Of a stretch of DNA of 64,000 bases, positions 54,215-64,000 are shown in pieces. The notes under the pieces were generated by a model that searched no databases, had not been told where the DNA came from, and was given only the letters and a program-made list of their open reading frames with translations. This DNA comes from Octopus vulgaris (lineage: Eukaryota): positions 40,548,001 through 40,612,000 of the forward strand of contig OX597820.1 of assembly GCA_951406725.2 (NCBI GenBank), given 5' to 3'. The translations under genes and the position numbers were made by a program. Positions within the stretch are counted from its first letter, which is position 1; each line of letters opens with the position of its first letter.

Positions 54215-54985
54215 TTCTTTATGGTGTCAGCTGAAAAGTTGTTTGGCTGACTAAATAACATAAATTTTTCAACACATTCCCCCTTACGGTACACAAACGT
54301 CTTCCATTGGTTTCACCTTGTTGGTTTAAAAAGTTATTAATAGAAGATATGTCATCATCATCACTGCAGTACTGGTTCCCAGCCAAATGATTTTTTATGT
54401 CGAAGCAAAGATGATTGTCAGATGGGGCCAAATAAGGAGAATAGGGATGATAATCAGCCATTTCAAAGCCACAGTCACGCACAGCAACCATTAAAACCAA
54501 GAACTTGTGTGCTGGAGCATTGTCCTCATAAAAAAAGAGCAATTTCGTTAGTTTTCCTGGGCGTTTGGTCTTGATATCCTTTCTTAACTACCTCAGTAAA
54601 TTGGCATCGTGTTCTCCATTGATTGTATGACCCTTTTTAAGCTTGTCAATCAACACAATGGTATTTGCATCTCTAAAACCTGAGACCATTGCCTTCCCTG
54701 CAGATGAAACGACCTTGGCCTTCTCTGAAATATGTGAAGAGGAGTGTTTCCATTGCATGATTGTCTGTGTGTATCTGGCTCAAAGTGATGAAGCCAACAC
54801 TCAACCTGGGTTAAGAAAACATTCAAGGAAATCAGCCGAATCCAGCTAGATTTACCTTAAAAAATGTCAGATTTAACTGTGATGTGATCAGCCTGGTGCC
54901 CTTTGGATTAAGCACCCAGCAAAAACGATCGTCATGACAAGTTCTTTATGTAGAAGATTCTCAACTTTCTCGCGAGTTATGCTAA
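54215..54985 (-). mobile_element. Decayed mariner (DD34D) transposase, interrupted by a nested insertion
   Basis: KAKVVSSAGKAM, HTING, EDNAPAH, HPYSPYLAPSD; the N-terminal IANA|ISITREKVENLLH resumes at about 55854 beyond the insertion. Confidence 0.85.
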
Positions 54986-54987
54986 TA

Positions 54988-55851
54988 CAGGGTGTCCCAA
55001 AAGTTATTGACGGGTTTGAATTTTTAATAACTTTCTTAATTTTACAAATAAATACATGGAATGTTGATACAATATAAAGGACATAATGGAAATTGATTTG
55101 CACATGTCCAATTTTGCAACACCACTACATCACATATGAAAAATTACATCGTTTAAATGGCTGATATTTTCGGCTTCACATACCCGTGCTTTTTTCAAAA
55201 CTTGTTCCATAATACTCTCAAGTGTTTCAGACCCCACTTCACTAATTCCTCTATTGATGTTCTCCCACAGTTGCACCAGGGCCTCCGGCTTGTTGGCGTA
55301 AACCCTCTCTTTCAGGTATCCATGATTGAGACCTTTTTGCGCCCGGCCATTCAAAGTAGACCTCACACCTGGTTCCAGCAAGACGGGGCAATAGCTCATA
55401 TCGGAAAAGAAATAATGCACTTGCTACGGCAGTGCTTCGGGGAGAGAGTAATCTCCCGCTACGGCAATGTCAACTAGCCTTCACGTTCCCCAGTCTTGAC
55501 TAGCCCGGATTTATTTTTGTGAGGATACCTGAAAGAGAGGGTTTACATGAATAAACCGGAGGCTCTGGTGCAACTGAAGGAGAACGTCAATAGAGAAATC
55601 AGAGAAGTGGTATCTGAAATTCTTGAGGGTGTTATGGTGCAATTTTTGGTAAGAACACGGGCGTACGAAGCTGAAAAGGGCTACCGTTTAAGCGATGCCA
55701 TTTTTCATATGTAGTGGTTTTACAAAATTTGATATGTGCATATTAATTTCCGTTATTTCCTTTATATTGTATCAAAATTTCATGTATTTACTTATAAAGT
55801 TAAGGAAGTTATTAAAAATTGAAACCTATCAGTCAGTTTTGGCACATCCTT
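54988..55851. mobile_element. Palindromic non-autonomous Tc1/mariner (rosa/DD41D-like) element made of two 3' ends
   Basis: TA-CAGGGTGTCCC left end and TA at right; arms 54988-55321/55523-55851 are inverted; + frame WFQQDGAIAH..FGERVISR..PSRSPVLTSPDLFL*GYLKERVY.NKP. Confidence 0.8.
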
Positions 55852-57566
55852 TAGCGTTGGCTATTTAATTTAGCATGTTTTCACTATTAAGAATTGTATA
55901 AAATATTTTGTCTAATTTTAAAGATTAATAAATTTAACTGAATGTAATAGGTATGAATATATATTTATCTTTACCTGAACATAGGTAGACGTTCTACTGC
56001 CTATTGCTAAGTGTGCGCCAATTTCAGTTTACTGTTTATATCAACAACCAGTCAATTGATAATTGCATTGCACATTATCTGTAATCAATTTGTATATTAT
56101 TCATCGTTGATGTCACTAATATCAGATTAAAATATCAATTCTGAGTTATTAGAATTTTAATTTTGGCAGTTTTTCTCTTCGATGGTATTGTCATTTCACT
56201 TAAACTTCCATTACTTTTATTCCAATAAGTTTTCCTGCAAATTTATTGTGATTTGCAAAGCAATAGAAGATTCGATTTTCATATATTTTTGAGAATAGTG
56301 CAACACTATATAACTATATTTAACTGAATTCTGTCACTATATTCTCAGTACAATTTTAGAACTTATTTTCTTCCGTTCCAGTGTGAGTATAATTTTTATT
56401 GCCTGAAAGAAGTGGGAAAGTAAGTTAATTGTAAGTGACGTTTACAGTTCAGCAACACATCCTCCTTGGATTTATTATAATACAAGACGTTCTTTCTGAA
56501 CCAATTTCTCTTCCAAATTTCTGCATATATTTCAGTGATAGGTTTCATTATTTCATATCTCCATAGATTTGACTAGCAAAGATTTTGTTTACATCAACAA
56601 GGAAACAAATTAGATGAAACCAGTTTTCTTTCTTGTTGTGTAGAAAGGCATATACGTATATATGAATATGCACTGTAGGAAGCATACTCGCCTATGCTAG
56701 CAAAGAACAACAAATAGAAAATCTTTCACTGGAATAAGATGTGAGAACATTTTATTGTTCTATGAATAGATGTTGTACCAAATATATTTGAATAAAATTC
56801 ATTGATAGAATATTTCCAAACTTTCAGCGGTAACAATAAATCCTTTAGACAGCCTTGATATGATTATAGATACTAAAAAGAGATTTCTGTAATGAAAGCA
56901 GGACGCCGTGTTATGGTACATATTCAGTGTTGTCTTAACTCAATATTAAATAGCAGCAGGACGACAAATCTTGATACGCTTCCCCTACATGTTTCCTCAT
57001 AGGCAATTATACTGTTGATTGGAAATCACTCCACAGTAATAATTTCAAACAGTTCCTTAGTTGTATTATAATCATATGATGCAGGTGTTGACGTAGTATT
57101 ATATTACACTGACCACATGCAGGTTCACGCACTTTACTACCATTAGGTGCTGCGTTTGGTCTCATAACACAGGCTCAAGTCGATCAATACCTTGGCAAGA
57201 AAGTTTGGCCGAAGGAAATACTGCGGTAGCCATTCTATTGAAAGTCCTTGTTCTTCCGTACTAAGCGAAATCCGTCGCCCTTTTTACAGCAACACTTAGA
57301 CATTGAGTGAGATTGATGAAGTCTAAGCATTTGCAAACAGTCAAGTCAAGGCTTCAGTTTCAGTATTCATCCTTCCATAACACAGGCTTCACTCTCTTTT
57401 CAGACGTTGTTTATGGGGTGATTACTGATCTGTAATATTTTGCTTGCATTTTAGAAAGCTTCAAATTCAACCAAAATGCATAGTACATTTTTATTGGTGG
57501 GTATATTTGTATTGGTGAATATGATTATAGACATATACTTTCGTGTGGGTTTCCAAATGTACATAT

Positions 57567-57627
<61 letters not shown>

Positions 57628-57818
57628 TAGATATATGTATATATGTGCGAATATGCATAAATATTTCTATAATCATACATTATAAACTTATATCTACTTA
57701 TAGACACACGTGCTAATGAAAATTTCATCACAATTATGCATTCATCTAGATATCTCGGTAATATGAAGTTTCATGCCTGCATTTGTCAATGCTTATATGT
57801 TTACACACATATGTTTGA

Positions 57819-57853
<35 letters not shown>

Positions 57854-57859
57854 AATATG

Positions 57860-57889
<30 letters not shown>

Positions 57890-57890
<1 letters not shown>

Positions 57891-58180
57891 TCTTTTCTTT
57901 CTTCTTTCTTTCTATCCCGTCTGTCTTGATAGACAATGGGTCACGCCAAGGGTGGGGCCTACTTTGATGATGAGCAGCGTCTGCTGTGACTGAACAGTCC
58001 AATTCTAGAGTGGCAGTCCCTGGTACAGTTGCTGCACCCGAACATCGATGGGTACGTGTGGGGTGTTGCTGCAGTTGTCCTCCTCCTGTCCCGCCTGTCC
58101 GACCACAGCTGTGCTCTCCTTTCCTCAGCCATGGAAACGCCTTTCCTCACTGTCCGACGCCAGGCAGAGCAGTCAGCAGA
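57890..58180 (-). mobile_element. RTE (BovB-like) LINE 3' end
   Basis: ADCSAWRRTVRKG..E..R..DRRDRRR..CSNCTRDCHSRIGLFSHSRRC is the RTE C-terminal Zn finger; short 3' UTR and an (AAG)-rich tail. Confidence 0.8.
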
Positions 58181-58247
58181 TATATATATATATACACACA
58201 CACAGGGGAAAATGAAACAGACAGACAGATAAAATGACAGCTATTAT

Positions 58248-58922
58248 ATATTGTTGCATTTGGAGACGGTCATGTTGCCAGTTTAGCCAATGAAACCACA
58301 CGCTCTATATGTTTTGTGTTCACTTCTAGAAAACTAGAATGGAACACTAGCATCCCAACACACGCAAACACACGAACACACACACACACACACACACCAC
58401 AACCTATGATCGACATAAACTAATAATAATATGACACTAATGCAATAGACAGATAAATAAATGGAATTAAATAATTATAAACATAAACAAAATATAATAA
58501 ATTAAATCAAATCAAACTAATACAAAAAAAGAAAGAAAAAGTAAGTAGATAAAAACAAATGAATTAAATAAATAAAAGTAAATTATAGGAACGTGAATAA
58601 ACAGTGAATATTGATAATGAAGGTACCATACACATTCCCACATACACACTTGCTAAGCATGGACACACACAGGGATATATGCATGCGCAAATAAAGACAC
58701 ACACAAAAGGAATACAAAATGGCAGATCCTTAGGAAGGGGAGACACAAAAAGTAAGAAGAAAGCAAAGAACGACTGACGAGGTCACAGAAGTGTGACGAA
58801 ACAACTCTGGCCGAAATGCAATTCATATGAAATAAAGCTGAAGCAAGTGAACATCAAATATATGGTGCGTGTGTTTTCATTGGCTAAACTGGCAACATGA
58901 CCATCCCCAAATACGACAATAT
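58248..58922. mobile_element. Element with ~78-bp inverted termini and internal HHR-like core
   Basis: 58248-58325 is inverted at 58845-58922; CTGACGA-G-GTCAC-AGAAGT-GTGAC-GAAA at 58774-58801. Confidence 0.7.
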
Positions 58923-58976
58923 CTGTTTCAACACACGAATTCACATCAAGAACCTTGCAAAAGGAATATTATGAAC

Positions 58977-59067
<91 letters not shown>

Positions 59068-59278
59068 TGAAAGGGTTACAGTGAACTTGCTGTGAGGGGT
59101 GGAATATTAGTTACAGCCAGTTTTTCCAGCTGAGAGGGTGTAAATTCTGTATTTCTTCAAATTCTCTTTTTCTCTCCCCACCATTCCTCCGATGAAGAAT
59201 TACATCTGAAACGTTGGATATTCCACTCCTCACGGCAAAGTCTTGCCGACGCAGGGCTACACAAGATTCCTTGAAGCT

Positions 59279-59498
<220 letters not shown>

Positions 59499-60316
59499 GA
59501 ATTAACTACCGAAGTTGCAGAAACATAAAAAAGACTTTCTCAGAGATTCAGGTTCACGTTCGTAGGACAGTTGTTATTAAGACTGGAAATCTCAATCACA
59601 ACCCTCCGACGAACGGGAACATGCAACTCTGAGTACCCACCTATATTTATATATATATATATAGCATGCATGTGTGTGTGTTTGTGTGTATTATACATTA
59701 ATATTAGATGAGTAAGACTTTGATTACAAGAGTAGCCTTTAAAAGATAATAAGGTCTATTTACATAATATTGCCGTGTAGTGTCGCAATTATATATTTCA
59801 GTAAATGGTATCCCTTATAGAAAATAAGTAACATCGCTATCCGCTATTGTTAGGGCATTAGTGATACAGCGTATTAATATGATAGCACCGGGGAATTGGA
59901 TTTTAAGAAACGTTGAGTAATTTTGCTGTCAGGCTCCATCAATGGAGAGCACGACCAGTAATGGAACTGATTCTATTTTCTCTTTGATTCTTACGCTCTC
60001 CTTCTCTCTCTCTTTACTTCTCTCCCTATCTCCGTCTCTCTCTATCTTTCCTTCTCTCCTTGGATCTTCCTAGATTTTTGCTAGATTAGCCGCGTGAGAC
60101 TGAAAGTACACGAGACGGTAAGATGTCAAATAGTGGGTAGCTTTCACAAATAAGAGTTCAGTTGATCAACAAATTTAATGTTCATCGTTGAGATCCATGA
60201 AAAGTCCATCACATGCGTAGTCATGCCCACACTACACATACACATGCATGCATATTTGTATGTCTATCTATTATCTACCTATCTACCTATCTATCTCTCT
60301 TTCTCTCTCTCTCTCT

Positions 60317-60358
<42 letters not shown>

Positions 60359-60362
<4 letters not shown>

Positions 60363-60521
60363 AGGCATGGCTGTGTGGTAAGAAGCTTACTTCCTAACTA
60401 CATGGTTCTGGGTTCAGTTCCACTGCGTGACACTTTGAGTACTTGGTTTCTACTATAGCCAACGGTCGACGAAATCCTTGTCAGTGAATTTGGTAGTCAG
60501 AAAGCTGAAAGAAGCCCGTCG
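60359..60521 (+). mobile_element. SINE family A, 5' half
   Basis: GCGCAGGCATGGCTGTGTGGTAAGAAGC..GGGTTCAGTTCCACTGCG..GAAAGAAGCCCGTCG. Confidence 0.85.
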
Positions 60522-62219
60522 TATATATATATACCAATTTCATCTACTAATTACTTCAGTCTACTGGAGGGATAACTTCAGTCTACTGGAGGGATAAAAT
60601 TATAATGAGGTATTTTTTCCTCTTGGCTGAAACCGCTGCAAGATATTTTCCCAATTTCTATTCCTGTATGTTATATGTTTTAATAATTACTGTTACCTTT
60701 ATACATTATTTATGTAAAGCATAATATGTTATACATGTATGTATATTGCTGTAATTGTCACCCATATCTATAAAGCAGTCCTTGGACGAAAATTGTAAGC
60801 ACATTTTGATTTGACGGTTAATGGCGGCCAAACCGAGGTTAGGGTCGAGCTGAAAATTGGCAGGGATACTAAATGCGTGGTGAGGATGAGACCCGCGATG
60901 GTTGAAATTCGCAAGCTATATAGACGTGGTTGCTATGGCAAAAAGAGTGATTTTTTATCGATTCAAGGGGGCCCAGAGCCCCTCTAAGTTTGTGCGATTG
61001 GCTTTTAATGCCCAGCGGCATGCACTGCAGGCTGTTGTGCTTAATAAACATACATTTTGTCGCGAAATTCTGGCTACTAGGAAACAATTTTTCATTGTGA
61101 AAAAACGTATGCTTTTCGCCCTCATTTTCTTTTTAATATCTTTATAAAGGTGAAAGGATTTCGTCTATTTATATCTGCTGTCTAATTACGACGGTGATTC
61201 AGTTGACTGGGAAAAGTATACGTGATGAATATCCAATACCAAACTATCTTAATCTAAATATTGAAACTACATTAAACTTTGGCAAGCTTACCTTTACCTA
61301 TTCTGAGTTACTTGAAAGGTGATGTTCCCTTCCCTCTCTTCTGACTGTTGATACCTTTTTTTTTACCTTTGATACCGCTGTTTCACTTTAAGGATGCTTC
61401 TTTACCCAGCTATTATATTTCGACTACTGTCCATTGTTTCAAATTGGTTTTAGCATTGTCATTCTAGCCTTTTTTAAACACTCACATATGATTCGTCCCA
61501 AAGAATCAACTTTTAAATAAGAGTTTTGCTTCCATTAGCGAAAACTATAGGTATCTTTCAGGAAGCTCCATACCAATTTTACTTTATGCAGCATTCGCTA
61601 TTAGTTTATGTGCACGCTATGTGGGAAGATAGAATAAAAGGGCTTTTGTTAGCGTTTCTCTCCGAAAAAAAATAGCTCCCTTTGTTGTTGAAAAAAATAA
61701 ACTCGCAGAGGGGAAGTTTCAACATCTTCCTTCAATTTCATTACACCATTTATGTGGCTGTTTCTGACAAGAAATTTCGCTTTCATGTAAAACAACTATA
61801 TTTTGTAGCCATTATCCGTCATCTACGCCCCAATCACTTCAGTAGCTCTACTTCATATCGCTTTCAAACTTATATGTTCTATGATAATCAAAGTGCAACG
61901 ACCTCCACAATAACCAACCTTCAATTTAATTTTCCGTTTCTAGGTTGATCGGAAACAGATTGCCATGCTACATATAAACCTTCTCAGTAGTTCAATTATT
62001 TCGTGAAAAAAATACCACCAAAGCAACTTAAACCGTTCAAAGGACAGGTGCGTTTGCTCGTTTTAGTAAATAAATGAATTGACATAGTATAATGTCTAAA
62101 AGTTGATGAAAACCACCTATTGATCTCCTCCATTTACTTATTACTCTATACATACATACATACATACATACATACATACACACATACGCACAGACATACA
62201 CACACACACACATATATAT

Positions 62220-62432
62220 TTGTGTCGGTGTGCTTGTTCTCCCCCACCCCATCGCCTGACAACCGATGTTGATGTGTTTACTTACGTCCTCGTAACTGAC
62301 TGGCTCGGCAAAAGAGACCGTGAGAATAAGTATTGGGCTTACAAAGAATAAGTATTGGGGTCGATGTGTTCGACTAAAGGCAGTGTTCCAGCACGGCCGC
62401 AGTCAAATGATTGAAATTAGTAAAAGAATAAT
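62220..62432 (+). mobile_element. SINE family A, 3' half
   Basis: GACAACCGATG..CGGCAAAAGAGACCG..CCAGCACGGCCGCAGTCAAATGA. Confidence 0.8.
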
Positions 62433-62651
62433 ACAGGGCGCGGGTGGTATTCGTTTGCAATTTTCAACTGCATATTTTTACTTTCGTTGTCGGTCCTCTC
62501 CTTGAATGCGATAACCATATTTCCTTTATATTTTGGCAGAATAATTTGTTATTGAAAAATTTACCTTTTTTATGGTTGGTCTGCACCCAACGCTCAGTCG
62601 AAATCTAAATCTACATCTAACTTGGGCAAGTGCACTATCGGCAGCTTTACT

Positions 62652-62857
<206 letters not shown>

Positions 62858-63171
62858 TGGCTTCAAATTTTGCCACCAGGACAACAATTTGTGGGGAGTG
62901 GATGAGTCAAGAATATCTTTACTCTTTGTACTTACCACAACTGAACTTTCAGAGAAAGTTCGCTTTTCTTAACGTTATTGATTTTCTAACGATCATTACT
63001 CAGCTAAACTTTTAAAACTAGTTCAAATCTTTATTCTCAGTTTTTACATGTTTATTATAAACTGTATGCTATGTTTGGTATCAAAGGTTTTATTAATTAA
63101 AACAACACGAATACTATAGAAATATAATTATTTCTAATTCTTTCTAAAGAGGACTACGGCAGCGGTACTGA

Positions 63172-63614
63172 ATATTAATAGTTATCGCCAATCTAACATG
63201 GCAGCCCAGAAAAATAGGACGAATGCTACCGTTGATTACCTCCAAGAGGCCATCACCTCTAGCTAGCTATGTGACTCACAAACCTGAGTCCATTATAACC
63301 TTCGAACAGCGGAGGTCAGCAGCTTCCCCTTGCTGGTCTGGCACCCACAGACTAGTTTCGGGGTGGTTGCTTCTTATCAATGTGGAGTAGCCGAACCCAG
63401 CAGGCGTCGCTGCTGACCGACTGTTCCAAACTAGTCTGTAGATGCCAGACCAGCAAGGGGATGCTGCTGACCTCCCCTTTTCGAAGGTTATAATGGACAC
63501 AGGTTTGTGTGTCACATAGCTAGTTAGAGGATATGACCTCTTGGAGCTAATCAACAGCAGCATTCGTCCTATTTTTCTGGACTTCCATGTCAGCTTGGCG
63601 ATAACTATTAATAT
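63172..63614. repeat. ~440-bp fold-back (MITE-like) with ~187-bp arms
   Basis: 63172-63358 is the reverse complement of 63428-63614 with scattered mismatches. Confidence 0.9.
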
Positions 63615-64000
63615 CATGAATACTGATTTGATTTTATCTGTTTTTGTTTTTTTTCCAAAACTTTTGTTTTCATTTACACTCCCTTAAAGCTTTTCCTTCA
63701 GCGTAGTTAGCTTCTAGTAGGTATTTTATTGTTTTCTATACATAGAGAACCCGAATTGTTTTTCTTTTTCTTCATAATGCCTTATTACTCGAATCATATC
63801 ATCGTTGTCTACTTCTAAGTACTTTTCTATACCTACTCTTATTACCTTGTAATTCTCTATTTTGAACGACGCGCTACCTCCCTGAGTGTAAGGTAGATGT
63901 TTCTCCGATCTATATCAGCTTTGATTAGTTCCTAATTTCCTTTGCTAGTGGTGGTGGTGGTAGCAGCAGCAGCAGCAGCAGTACTAGTAGAAGTAAAACT

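Noticed and set aside
63276-63617. 113-aa ORF
   Set aside because: It lies within the palindrome and has no protein features.

Overview
AT-rich, repeat-dominated eukaryotic non-coding DNA (intron or intergenic), most likely from an octopus. That assignment is inferred from the recurrent tRNA-derived SINE families and the extreme density of (AT)n/(AAT)n/(ATCT)n microsatellites. No intact host protein-coding gene is recognisable; nearly all listed ORFs are microsatellite read-throughs or decayed transposon frames. The window holds many SINE copies (about 3 families) and decayed LINEs: R4/Dong-type RLE elements clustered at (AAT)n, Tx1-type pieces, and RTE pieces. It also holds two Penelope-like element (PLE) remnants with GIY-YIG endonuclease, Tc1/mariner, rosa/DD41D-like and hATm-like DNA transposon remnants, Helitron-type non-autonomous elements and many fold-back structures. 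The most notable signal is a set of hammerhead-ribozyme (HHR) motifs in small microsatellite-embedded elements. Chief among them is a 440-bp-period tandem repeat (34839-35650) carrying two near-canonical type I hammerheads, fused to a truncated PLE: a candidate cephalopod non-LTR retrozyme. All calls were made by eye and boundaries are approximate.
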